In this document: one piece after another, positions 25,998 through 39,076 of the stretch | Layout of the letters: every line of letters begins with the position of its first letter | How positions within the stretch are numbered: the first letter of the stretch is position 1 | DNA from: Octopus sinensis | Lineage: Eukaryota | NCBI RefSeq assembly: GCF_006345805.1 | Contig: NC_043005.1 | Span: 72,602,001 to 72,666,000 of the forward strand | DNA length: 64,000 nt | Reading direction: 5' to 3' | Translations under genes and position numbers: made by a program | The notes under the pieces: generated by a model | What the model was told of the DNA's origin: nothing | The model's database searches: none | Seen by the model: only the letters and a program-made list of their open reading frames with translations

Positions 25998-26190
25998 TAT
26001 AACAGGAAGCTTTATGAAAATATACAAAAGACGAAGGCAGGTGGAATACAAACAAACAATTGTATTAGTATGGCGCTCAGGAATATAAATAAAACAAGTC
26101 TTTTACGTTTCGAGCCTACGCTCTTCAACAGAAAGATACACAGAAAAGAAACACGGAGAGAAACAAGGAGAGAAAAAAATGCGTGCAGAA
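25998..26190 (-). mobile_element. family D Penelope-like terminus with minimal hammerhead-like motif (26099-26136)
   Basis: Minus strand reads TCTTT-CTGTTGA-AGAGCGTAGGCTC-GAAA-CG-TA-AAAGA. Confidence 0.65.
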
Positions 26191-26413
26191 GCTATCAAAC
26201 CTGATTTATTCGCAACCAGTGTTGTTTGAAAACCTTGGTTTATGAATAAGCCGTGCTTTATATATATCTATATATATATATATCTATATATATATATCTA
26301 TATATATCTATCTCTCCCTCTCTCTCTCTCTCTTTATATATATATATATATATTTGGACGGGTTCTTCATTGATCTAGTTGTGGAATGGTGGTTCGTCTC
26401 TAAATTAGTTTTC

Positions 26414-26462
<49 letters not shown>

Positions 26463-26789
26463 ATATATAATATGGTTTATTTGTAATATGAGCTGTTCGA
26501 AAACTGAGGTACTACTGTATATATATATATATATATTTTATGCATATTTAATTTTACATTGTGTGAGTCATAAATGTTAAGTCACCTATTTATTCAGATA
26601 TTTAAAAATTCTGATTTTCTGTCTTTCATTTAAGGATGGAATAAAATAACATGAAATGATATTCTTTGTTTTTTTATTTGTTTTGTTTGTGTGTTTGTTT
26701 TTTTTTTGTTTTTTTTTTATTTTTCAAAGGCATAATCAATGTTTATGAGAGGGAAATTGCTCTTACTAAGAGTTGAAACTATTATGGCT

Positions 26790-27077
26790 ATGGTCTGACC
26801 AATGCCTTGTGAGTGAATTTGATAAATGGAAATTGTTTGGAAGCCCATCTTATGTGTATATGTGTGTGTGCCTTTGTACTTGTGTTTCCCAATATCTGCT
26901 CGACAACTGTTGTTGGTTTGTTTACACCCCCATTACATAGTTACAGTTTGGCAAGAGAGGCCAATGGAATAAGTACCAGGCTTAAAAAATAAGTACTATG
27001 GTCAATTCATTTGGCTAAAAATTCAAGGTGATACCTCAGCATCGTCGCAGTCTAATTACTGAAACAGGTAAAAGATA
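26790..27077 (+). mobile_element. SINE family B, 5'-truncated and diverged
   Basis: GACCAATGCCTTGTGAGTG..GAATAAGTACCAGGC..CTGAAACAGGTAAAAGA. Confidence 0.75.
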
Positions 27078-27087
27078 ATTAAAAAAC

Positions 27088-27470
27088 ATTATTACCTCTG
27101 ACTTAGCGAAGGCAGAGGTATTGTTTCCAGTCTTATTTGTTTGTTTGTTTGTCCATGGACAAGATATCTCAAGAACTGCTGGATAGATTCAGATGAAACT
27201 TTCAGGGATGTTTGGCCTTGTGGCTGGCACAAACTAATTAGATTTTGGGATCGATCTGGTACTGGACAAAGATTCTGTATTATTTTTCCAGCTTTTTTAC
27301 TTAAATTTTGAGAGCAGTTGGGTTCATTTTTAGTGTTCTTGTTTGTGAGAGTAGTCGAGTTTATTTTAGATATTCTCATTTTAAAAATCCTCTCCAGCCG
27401 ATCGTTGAGAGGACGTTGGTGTTGCCCTGGTGGAGGTTTGCACTCTCTGAGTGCTCTCGTTCAGCTTGTT
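27088..27470 (+). mobile_element. Helentron-associated (HINE/DINE-1-like) non-autonomous element
   Basis: 5' TACCTCTG..CAGAGGTA hairpin, (TTTG)n, 3' subterminal inverted repeat GGTGGAGGT, then hairpin GCACTC-TCT-GAGTGC, with T-rich ends. Confidence 0.65.
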
Positions 27471-28007
27471 TTTCTTATCCTGCTGTGTAATAGTTTGTGT
27501 AGTAGAGATAAACAACACACTGAAGTATGAAAGTGAAAGTAGATTGCATGTTAAAGAGTAAAGGGTCAACTAGACCACATGCTAAAGTGCGACTTGAAAC
27601 TTTTTTATATTCAGTTACCTCTACCTAGTAACTGCTGAAGATAATATACACACTAAAAAATATTACAGTTACACATTACAAGCTATGTATTCTAGTTTAA
27701 GAAAATACAATGATTTAAATCATATTGTTAAGCGATAATAATTACTTCACAAGCTACCACTTAATTATTAATTATTCAACATGTATGGGAAGTATTAATT
27801 AGACATTTGGGAGTTGCTAATAGATATTCTTCAGATAGCAGCAACAATTAATACTGGAAAATAAAGGTGCACTATTCTTCAATTCAAATGTTTACTTAGT
27901 AAATAAGAATGTCTGGAGGCTTAAAAGAAAAAGAAAAAAAAGAATTAAGGAAATCATGACATGATGTAAGAATTTTTAACCATCTGTGCATTCAGATCCA
28001 TTGATGA

Positions 28008-28014
28008 TATATGT

Positions 28015-28050
<36 letters not shown>

Positions 28051-28066
28051 GGGAGAGGTTTTAGTA

Positions 28067-28121
<55 letters not shown>

Positions 28122-28128
28122 GTGTGTG

Positions 28129-28164
<36 letters not shown>

Positions 28165-28425
28165 TATATCTACATATATATATATATATACGTATATATA
28201 TATATATGTATATATATATAAATATACATATATGTATGTATATATACACATGTATATGTATATATGTATATATATATATATATATATATACATATGTATA
28301 CATACATACATACATATGTATATATATATGTCTGTGTGTGTATATATATATCCTATATATACATATGTATGTATATACATATATCATATATATATATATA
28401 TAACATCATCATATATATGTGTGTA
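28008..28425. repeat. compound (GT)/(GA)/(AT)/(TATG) microsatellite
   Basis: Seen directly. Confidence 0.95.
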
Positions 28426-28824
28426 TGTAGTCTCTTCATTTTCCTTTTTTACTTGATTTTTTTTTTTGTTTTCCTAAATCTTCATTGTCTTTTATAAAAT
28501 GTTCATGATTATCTTAACTAAATATAGACTCCTATACACCAAATATCAGTACATGCAGTACGGTATCAAAGCAAAGGTTCACATAGTGAAAAGTAATAAA
28601 ATAAAATATTCAAAAACTATTTCTGTTTGCGGCTTAGTATTGAAACTACCTTACATTTTGTTTTTTCCTGTCAAGCTCATAAAAGAATCAAATCTTTGTG
28701 CTGTAAATGAATGAGATAGTTGTTGGTATACCTTGCTTTTGTTCCTTACAGCTGTTGACTGAAACTTGGGAGTGGTACCACTTTTATAAGATAAGGGTTA
28801 CATAACATGTCCATGGGCAATGTA

Positions 28825-29044
28825 CAGGGTGTCCACAAAGTCTGGGTACATGGGGATTAACACATACTTGAAGAAATTATTATTTCTTATATTTAATTGT
28901 TTAATTGTTTATGTTATTATTTTATTTACTCCATGTACCCACATGGGAATTAACACATACTTTAAGAAATTTTTATTTCTTATATTTAATTGTTTATGTA
29001 ATGATTTTATTTACTCCATGTACCCAGACTTTGTGGACACCCTG
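28825..29044. mobile_element. Tc1/mariner MITE with internal tandem duplication
   Basis: Perfect 29-bp TIRs CAGGGTGTCCACAAAGTCTGGGTACATGG and TA on both sides. The interior is duplicated (28848-28940 and 28941-29025). Confidence 0.9.
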
Positions 29045-29327
29045 TACTCTTTTACTGATTGTAATAATGAACCATGACATCTCCAACTAAATATATATCC
29101 GCTCAGTTATTTGTAGTTCATTCTTCTTTGGTCACACTCCTTTCACGAACTCTCATGACTCTCTGTTGCAATCCAATTCCATTATTATGAATTTGAATTG
29201 GGAGCTGGAGTCACAATGAATCTTTCATTAGCTGATTGCACAACCATGGACACCACCCCCTTTGGTTGCATTGCAGTTACTCTCTTGATAAAGTTTGATG
29301 ATCCTGATCACTGATCTTCTAGGATTC

Positions 29328-29725
29328 CTCTCTTTTACTCTTTTACTTATTTCAGTCATTTGACTGTGGCCATGCTGGAGCACCACCTTTAGTCGAGCAA
29401 ATCGGCCCCAGGACTTATTCTTTGTAAGCCTAGTACTTATTCTATCAGTCTCTTTTGCCAAACCGCTAAGTTACGGGGACGTAAACACACCACCATCAGT
29501 TGTCAAGCGATGTTGGGGGGACAAACACAGACACACAAACATATACACACTCATATATATATATATACACACGACGGGCTTCTTTCAGTTTCCGTCTACC
29601 AAAGTCTTTGGTCAGCCCGAGGCTATAGTGGAAGACACTTGCCCAAGGTGCCATGCAGTTGAACTGAACCTGGAACCATGTGGTTGGTAAGCAAGCTACT
29701 TACCACACAGCCACTCCTACACCTA
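29328..29725 (-). mobile_element. SINE family B
   Basis: Head and tail both present. Confidence 0.9.
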
Positions 29726-29937
29726 CTTCTCTGCTCAACATTAATGTAAAAAGTACTTTGGGCTCAGTTGGGCTCTTCTGCTACCTCTTCACAATCCACC
29801 TTGCTGCACTCTCATGACTTTACCGTATCCCTGCCAGGGTGGCTGAATGGATGCTGTATTTTACCAAAGAACAACCTGTTACTATGCAGGGTATGGAAGT
29901 CACTACTTGAGGCAATTGCACAATACCCACACACCCA

Positions 29938-30335
29938 ACTTTACTCTTTTATGTGTTTCAGTCATTTGACTGTGGCCATGCTGGAGCACCGCCTTTTAGT
30001 CAAGCAAATCAACCCCAAGACTTATTCTTTGTAAGCCTAGTATTTATTCTATCAGCCTCTTTTGCTGAACCGCTAAGTTATGGGGACGTAAACACACCAG
30101 CATCAGTTGTCAAGCGATGTTGGGGGACAGACAAATACACACACACACACACACACACACATACATATATACGATGGGCTTCTTTCAGTTTCCGTCTACC
30201 AAATCCACTCACAAGGCTTTGGTCAGCTCAAGGCTATAGTAGAAGACACTTGCCCTAGGTGCCATGCAGTAGGACTGAACCTGGAACCATGTGGTTGGTA
30301 AGCAAGCTACTTACCTCACAGCCACTCCTGAGCCT
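29938..30335 (-). mobile_element. SINE family B
   Basis: Head and tail both present. Confidence 0.9.
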
Positions 30336-30739
30336 TTAGTTCATAATTACTATAAACAGCAGAATTAAATAAAACAATATCTTTCTAAATTTCATCATGT
30401 GACTCTACAGTTATTCTTTGTTAGCCAAAGATTAGTGAGAGTGTTGTTTCTAAGTTTGATGCCAGCTGTTGCTTTGTTGGGGAGAAATTTCAAAGGAAAC
30501 AAAGAAAGGAAGGAAGAACATTAATTGCTTGATACCGAAATGCAACAAAAGAGACATTTACATTTTCTAAGAGAGGCTTTCATTTACTTTTCTAAGAAAC
30601 GATGGAGGAAATTCCTAAAATAGAAATGAGTCAGTGAAGGAGAACATTATGCAGTCACTCAACTAGCTAGAAATAGCAGCCAAATCTCTGTCAAATCACA
30701 ATGTACTATCTTAAAAGAATACAGAAGGATACATTAGAT

Positions 30740-31056
30740 CAGTAGTTCTCATCTGGAGTCCATATGGCCCCTGAGAGTCCATTTAAGATTTTGAGGGTCC
30801 ATACAACAAAATAGTAAATTAGGGAGCCCAAATAGTATTTTAAGGGCTCTTGAAAAATTTTGCTTTAGGTGTATGTATTGCAAGAAACAGCTAGGTTTCT
30901 TTCTCTAACATGTTACATAATTCAACCTACACAAGTTAATGTGTGAAAAACAAAATAGGAGTTTTGAAAGGAGCTTTTATAAAACTAGTTTTAGGATCCA
31001 CCAGAATATAATAATAACCAAAGAGGTCCATAGATAAAAATGGCTGGGAACTCCTG
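30740..31056. mobile_element. hAT (Charlie-like) MITE with 8-bp TSD
   Basis: CATTAGAT at 30732-30739 and 31057-31064. Imperfect TIRs CAGTAGTTCTCA / TGGGAACTCCTG. Confidence 0.85.
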
Positions 31057-31229
31057 CATTAGATAATGTCACTATGGATGGATACAGAAAAAAATAGGGT
31101 TGTCAAAACTGGAATGTCTTTACTCATAGATCTGTATAAGCAGAACTGATTTGGGATTAATTAGGCAAAATTAATTTGGGGCTAAACAGCAATTGGAATT
31201 GAAACACACAAACACACATATACACATAT

Positions 31230-31620
31230 TCTCTCTTTTACTTGTTTCAGTCATTTGGCTGTGGCCATGCTTGAGCACCACCTTTAGTCGAGGAAATTGA
31301 CCCTCAGGACTTTGTAAGCCTAGTACTTATTCTATCAGTCTCTTTTGCCAAACCGCTAAGTTACGAGGACGTAAACACACCACCATCGGTTGTCAAGTGA
31401 TGTCGGGAGGACAAACACAGACACACAAACATATACACACACACATATATATACATATATACGACGAGCTTCTTTCAGTCTCCATCTACCAAATCCACTC
31501 ACAAGGCTTTGGTCAGCCTAAGGCTATAGTAGAAGACACTTGCCCAAGGTGCCACACAGTGGGACTGAACCTGGAACCATGTGGTTCATAAGCAAGTTAC
31601 TTACCACACAGCCACTCCTA
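31230..31620 (-). mobile_element. SINE family B
   Basis: Head and tail both present. Confidence 0.9.
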
Positions 31621-33418
31621 CTTACAAATCCAGTAAATATGGTTCCTAAATATCTTCCTGTTAGTCATAATCCTTTTATACTTATAGCCTCTTTCCTCAA
31701 ACTGTTGCTCTTTGGAACTTACTACCATCATCTTGTTTTCTTCTGTTTTATATTCAGCCTTTCAGCTCTTTAGCAGCCAGATTATGCTAAATTTTATGCT
31801 TATTCATTCATACTGTTTTGTATTAACCATGTATTATCTCAAAGCCTTTGAGAGTTCAATGATTTGATCGTTTTATTCTTAGAATGACATTGTAGGGTAT
31901 GTTGGAACAGTTGAATCTGGTCAGTTTGTGCACAAAATATGTTGAATATTTTGGCCAGATTTAGTCAGTTTAAACACTAGAGGGTTAAGCTTTCTGTCAA
32001 TCGATATCATTTCAATTTCTAAGCTCCTTCTTTTCTTTCTTGGTACCTCTTAAGCAACAGAGACCTCAAGCTTTGTTTCAAATAAATTCATTAAAAAAGA
32101 AAAAAAAAGTAAAAAGCTGAAGATTTACAAGGAATTGAACCTGCGAATTACTGAATATAAGTTGAATTGCCATAGTAGTACATATACTGCTCGAATTTTC
32201 TATTTTAATTTATGTCAATTTTTTTCTTTTGTTTTTCTTCTTTCTTTGAACAACATGGTAAATAAATATTAAAATCTATATTAAAATATATTTGCTCGTA
32301 CACACACACTCAACTATCACCATCATTAATCACCTGAGATGATACAGTTGGTAACATTTAACTAGAAGCCTTTATCTCTTAGTTTATCATTTTATCTGCA
32401 TCATTACATCTGTCTATAAAGCATTTTACTTCATTTTATTTCATATTATTTTATTCCATTTTTATCTTCATTTATTTTACTTTCTCTTGTTTTCTTATTT
32501 ATATATGTGTCTTATATGTTTGTTTTCTTTGTCCATTGATCTCTGAAGGAGGAAGTTAAATAAATCACCAAAATATTGAATGAAAATACCCATCAGGCTT
32601 AAAACGTCATCTATTGTGGCGTGTGTCTTCTTTCCGATGAACGTTTAATGGCTTCTCGCTTCAGCCCTATGGTGTGACAGTCATTAATTGAAAGTTATTT
32701 TGTATAATTAATTCTATATAATCAAATCATCAATACTGATGGGAAATTTCGCTGTTGTTTTGTCATGGCTTCCTATTTGAACTTCCTCGTCTCATTCTGA
32801 ATTAGCAGCATCTCTTAGAGAGGAAGAAAAACCAAAAAAAATGTTAATAAAAAAATAATATGTCAAAAAACAAAAACAAACACAAACACTCTAGAAGCTC
32901 TCTTGAAGCTATATATATCAAGATATAAATGAATAATGCAATATATATACATATACACACACACACACACATACACATACACACATATATATATATATTC
33001 ATATATGCATACACATATACTGTATGCATAATATATGCTCATATAATTTTTATTTTTGTTTATTTCATTTACTTATTTCCATTTATAACTTTTTCAATTT
33101 TAATTTCTAGTTATCAATATTGTTTTCAATTTTTTTGTTTTTTTTTAGAAATTTTAAAACGGACGCAATTTAGTATATGTGTTTCATTAAAAAATGAAAA
33201 TTGATCAAATGAAAACTGACTAGACAGTTGAAAGAAGATTATATTCTTTTACTCACATCACAAATTTTAATTCTATTATTTTACTCCTATATATATATAT
33301 AAATTTTAATTTTATTTTGATTTTTTTTTTTTTGATCTTGTTCATTATAGTACATTATAGATTAAATTATTTTGTTCAGATGCTTGTGTATTTCGACTGT
33401 TATTTTTCTCTACTTTAG

Positions 33419-33514
33419 GTGGCATAGGCCCTGTGATCTGTCAACCTTTGATCATCGGCCTTTCCGCACTAATTTCTGTATCAGTAGGTTTAATACTACA
33501 TTGACCTGAGACAG
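33419..33514 (+). CDS. candidate alternative exon encoding a hydrophobic, GPI-signal-like C-terminus: xGIGPVICQPLIIGLSALISVSVGLILH*
   Basis: Acceptor TTTTTCTCTACTTTAG, donor CAG|GTAAGA, length 96 nt. The sequence is unique and more GC/CpG-rich than its surroundings. The phase-1 frame stops at TGA 33502-33504. Confidence 0.5.
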
Positions 33515-34188
33515 GTAAGACGGATTCATTCCGTTTGGTCAGTTCAAAGCTACTCGCTAACATTGCATGATCCACCTACTTCTTTCTTTGCCCTGTCTGA
33601 TATTTGCTATTGCTTCCTCCCAAAGAAAACCCAGAGAAAAATGAAGCCATGAAATTGGGGTGCACAACAGAAAAATTATTGCTAACATTATGCTGTATTG
33701 TTTTGATCACGATTGAACCATGTATAAACCTTCCCATCCATGACAAACCAAGTCCAACTCACAGTTTCAATTCCCACTTAAAGTGGTTTCTTTCCCCTAT
33801 GCTACTAATGTCCTCAACTATCTTAGCATCTTGTTTTTCTTCCCTGAATGTGGCACTTTCCAAATTTTAAAGCCAAAGACCCCTCACAAATAAGTAAAAC
33901 TTAGTTACATGTACAATGCTTTTCTTCATTGTTCTAGATGCTTATGTAGTCATGAGCTGACACAGAGATCCTCTTGACTCTCCAACCCTTCGACAGCATT
34001 ATACCTAGGATGTAACAGTTGGAGGGAGAGAGATCTGAATCAGCATGTGGCTGGTACTTATTTCACAACACATTGCCCATCCAGGAATTGGAGCCATAAT
34101 GTTATGATTGTAAACTAAATACATTAACCACCAGCCACATAGCTTCACTTTTGGGATTAAAAATTAATGTTCAGTGATATTGCGTAAT

Positions 34189-34445
34189 GTGGAGGTGCGT
34201 GGCTTAGTGGTTAGGGTGTTGAACTCATGATCATAAGGTTGTGGTTTTGATTCCTGGACCAAGCGATGCATTGTGTTTTTGAGCAAAACACTTCATTTTC
34301 ACGTTGCTCCAGTCCACTCAGCTGGCAAAAATGCGTAATCCTGCGATGGACCAGCGTCCCATCCAGGTGGGTAATTTCTACGCCACTGAAACCAGGAAAC
34401 CGGCCCTTGTGAGCTTGGCATGGCTCGAGAAGGAACATTTATTAC
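34189..34445 (+). mobile_element. tRNA-derived SINE with V-domain-like block and 10-bp TSD
   Basis: A box TGGCTTAGTGG, V-domain-like CCTGCGATGGACCAGCGTCCCATCCAGG. TSD ATTGCGTAAT at 34179-34188 and 34446-34455. Confidence 0.85.
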
Positions 34446-35996
34446 ATTGCGTAATAAGTATTGTGGAGTAGAAGTTAGCTCTCTGTTGAATTTCACTGAA
34501 ACTGATAATATTCTTCAGGAAAATATAAATATCATACAAATATTATATCTGACCTTTTAACCAAAGAAGCAAATCTAGCACTGAAGTACATTGTACCTGA
34601 CACTCTGTATAATTAGGGTAGAGTTAGAATTAACTGAAGGAAAAGTGAGGAAATACCTTTGTAATTATATGTTAGCTGATATCTATGTTGATATTGAATG
34701 GAACATGATCAATTATAAGTTATCTCACTTAGAGGCCAGAATTTTTGAAATTACTTTCTACTAATCAAAAACCAATGCTAGTTGTATGTTGAAACAATCC
34801 CAACAAAGTAAAGTAATACTAGTCTTACCAATATAATCACCAACAACACAAGACCAGCATCTCTCACCTCACCTGTATATACCTTAATAAAATGTATATG
34901 TAAGTAATGATAATGATGGAACCTCAACGTTGGTTATCATCATACTAGCACTTATCATAGAAACAATTAAATAAGGGGTATTATTAATGATGGCACCTGA
35001 AGTAACGATGGCAATATGTGACTTGTAATTATGATAATGATGATGGTGATGAGCATCATCAGCATCATCATAATTATCAACACTAATTTCTTTTTCGTGT
35101 TCACCATCATATAATTTTAAATTATATCTTACTGATTTAAATTATAATCATTATCATTTTCTGCAAACAAGATTAAATAGAAAATAAAGATTTTGTCAAG
35201 TTCACACAAAGCATAGAATTCTTAAACATAATTTCAGTTGTCTTATTTAAAAACAATATATATTACCTATTTCCCTCCTTGAATAGTATCATTTTACATG
35301 ATCGTTTTGCCAAAGTAAACTTTGGCAATAACTAGCCAATGTATTTTGAGATGTATGTATTCTAAAAATGACTTTTATTTTGATGTATTTATCAAAAAAA
35401 AAAAATGAAAAAAATAGCTTAAAATTAAAATCACATATTTGGATAATTAAATAATTTTTAAAAATAGCCTTAAAAAATCATATTTCTTTTCTGCCATATA
35501 ATAAGAATTAAATTTTAAAGATGAGCTGAAAACTTTTTTTCAGTTGTTTAATGATTTTATTTTTCTTCATCTCAGTTGAAAGATGAATTATGAATATTCT
35601 GCATTTACTGTGAGCTTGTGTTTGCTCTGTTGCCTCAAAGAAGCCATACTGAAAAGAAAAATTATCGACAGTAATTTTGTCACTGAATATAAAATAACCA
35701 TAAAATAAGTAACTAATAAATTTTGTATATTAGAATTTTAAAAGAAAAATGGAAAACTTTTAAGCAGAGAAATCTACTTAGAACTTGATTAATAATAATA
35801 ATAATAATAATATAATAATAATAATTCAGATTTTGAAACACTATTAAAAGAAGAGAAACATTTTCTTAGAATATGGGAAGGAATGGTTCTCATGAGCTAT
35901 AAAACTATATAACTGATCTGTTCAAACTTCCTCCTATTTTGTACTGATAAGGCCCACGCTGGTCTCTAATATTAAAGTGAGGCTAAATATAAATAT

Positions 35997-36335
35997 ATGG
36001 AAATTGTAGCTAAGATACCCGTGCCGGTGACACATTAAAAGCACCATCCGAATGTGACAGATGCCAGCACTACCTGACGGGTGTCCATGTTGGTGACACG
36101 TAAAAGCACCAACCAATCATGGCCGTTTGCCAGCCTCCTCTGGCCCCAGTGCCGGTGGCATGTAAAAAGCACCCACTACACTCACGGAGTAGTTGGCGTT
36201 AGGAAGGGCATCCAGCTGTAGAAACACTGCCAGATCAGAGACTGGTGCCTGGTGCAGCCTCCTGACTTCCCAGACCCCAGTCGAACTGTCCAACCTATGC
36301 TAGCATGGAAAACAGACGTTAAATGAAGATGATGA
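35997..36335 (+). mobile_element. family C RTE-like 3' end
   Basis: GTGCCGGTG(A/G)CA units plus the same tail as 13388. Confidence 0.8.
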
Positions 36336-38008
36336 TATATTGATAGATATGATTCCAACTATTTGTTTACAAATAGATGCAATCTCTGTTATTTTATATG
36401 GTACCTCAGATCTTTCACAAATTGTGTACATGTGTGTGTGTGTGTTTGTGTGAGAAAGAGAGAGAGGACAAGAGGGTGTATGTATTGACTAAATTGACCA
36501 ATGATTCAATGTATTCTTATATCAATAATATTTACTAGCCATGACATCGTTCAAACATTATTACAGTTCAAATAGGATTACTGTTACCAGTATGATGCAC
36601 TTCTGGACAAGATAGATAACTCTGCTCTCCTTAAATCTTTTTGAAGTCATTCCTTTTATTCAGAATTGAGTGATTGGCAGTAGAAAGGGGCTTTGTGCTT
36701 ACCAAAATTTATATGTCCATTTTTTTTTATCACATGTATTCCCTATAAAAGTAGAATAAGAATAGAAGAAAATTATGTGGATTCTTTGTAATATCATTTA
36801 TATAAATTTGCCCTTCTTTCAATCTGCTAAGCAAGCCTTTTAAACCGAATTAGTAAAAGCTTTGTTTTCTTTCCTTGAGAATGAAGTTAGGACGTATAGT
36901 TTATAATTTTAAGTCCTTAAAATATCAAAAGGTAAATCTCAGTGGAAGAGTCCCTTCAGTTTACAAACCTCTTTCCCTCTTTCTTTTTACCATATGGAAA
37001 CCAGCATTTGCCAATTCAAATAGCAACATATTTAGTTATTTAAATAATAATGAAGAGAGATAGGGAGACATATACACACATGTATACATGTATATGCTCA
37101 TGCAGTTACTTTCAGCAGTTTGAGTTTGGTTTTTCCAGTTGATACCAGTGCTTTATTATTGCTGTTCTTTTATGATTTTCTTGAAAACGTGTGGTACTAA
37201 CAATTAATGGTGTGCTTTGATTGGCTGATTTTGCGTGGATTTGCAGTTACTGTTTTTATGAGAACAGAATACTAACTCTCTCTTTTTCTCTCTCTCTCTC
37301 TCAAAATTATTTTTATATGGAATGTTAACAGTTCTTTGATATTTCTTTGGAAAGAAATTTATGTGATAAAAATATATATTTACAAGAAAATATTGATACA
37401 CTATTTCAGAAATAATATATCTATTCTTACACACACATGCACACACACACATGCACTCACACACACATATGCACACATACACATATACACATGTATGTAT
37501 GTGTATATATATATATGTGTTAGAAAATAAACTTCGTGTCACTTATGTGGTATCTTCAAATTTGCAGGAATTAATATCTACGTCACAATAAAATTTTTAA
37601 TCAAGCTGTAAAATTTAATTGTTTTTTTACATATATATATATACTGAGAATATGGAGTACTATAAATATTGGTTGCAATTAGATATTTTTTTGTCTTTGT
37701 GTTTAAGTACTTTATATACATAAAATATATTATAATATTAAGAAGTAGCATGTATGTGTATTTAGTGAGTGATTAAATGATTGTTTAATATATATATATA
37801 ATATATATATATATATATACATACATGAGTGTGTGTGTGTATAAAATGATATTTATTTCATTTGCTAAAGCATTTTATATCAGTGATTGCTAAAATTTAC
37901 TTAAAATATTCCAAATAGAAATATTAAAAAAAAAAACGTTGCAATAAATTTAAAATTTGTAAGTATAAGTACTTAAGTGATAAAATTATATTTTCATATA
38001 TCTACAAA

Positions 38009-38073
<65 letters not shown>
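38009..38073. repeat. (AAT)n microsatellite
   Basis: Seen directly. Confidence 0.95.
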
Positions 38074-39076
38074 GTTCACCTATTAATTTAGATTTTTATT
38101 TTAAATGAATTAAAAGGCAAATTTAATTTATGTTTAGATAATGATTTCTTATATTTAGATAATGTGAGCACACACAATTACATACATGCAAGCAGGCTGT
38201 CACGTATGGTAACATCATGCACGTATTTGCTCAAATATCCTACTGCTTCAAATATCTCACTCACTGCATACAGTAGCATGTATAAATATCCTTCTACATA
38301 CTGTAGCATGTATAAATATCTTTCCGCATACATTAATATGTGATGTATTGGAATTTAATAAATGCTCTGTATATGAGAGAAATGTATCTGGTACTTCAGC
38401 AAATTAAAGAGATTTAATGCGATGACTACAACTACTATTAATACTACAGCTAAAGGAACTACTGCAACTCTTCATATTGTGTGTCTTAAATATAAATAGA
38501 TCCAGCATAGCTGAATGGTTTTGAAGCTCATTTCGCAGTCATGAGATCCAGGTTCAATCCTACTGTATGTCATTTTGGATAATGTCTTTTATTTGGTATG
38601 ACACATTGGGTATGAGACAGCCACTTGGCACCACATATTAAACATCACTGATTTGATGCTGACTTACTTGACAGTGTAATCAGCCCAGCATGCTTCCTTA
38701 CAGTTTCTACTTATGAAACTGAATTAAGGGAAACTACATGAAGCATGCTGAACAGATTATACTTCAATCCAAAAGACCCTATTTTGTCACACATGCACAC
38801 TGTATACAGTTATGCTACCTAAAGATTATGTGAAAGGTATACGTATCTGTGAAATAGTTAACAACTTAACCTACTTTATCCCAATCTCTACAATTGTAGA
38901 CCTTGCATGTTATTAACCACAGAGCAGGTTATTGTTAACTGATCAGCTTAAATAGTGTGATACACACATACAAGGGTGGGCATACAAGCTACTGATGATG
39001 TTTGCATTCCAAGGGTGAATGACTATTTGTGGTATGTATCCTGCTATACACATACAACCTTGCTTCAACCATACAC

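Noticed and set aside
34189-34262. tRNA-like A/B boxes here and in other SINE heads
   Set aside because: They continue into SINE bodies and lack a full cloverleaf, so no true tRNA gene is called.
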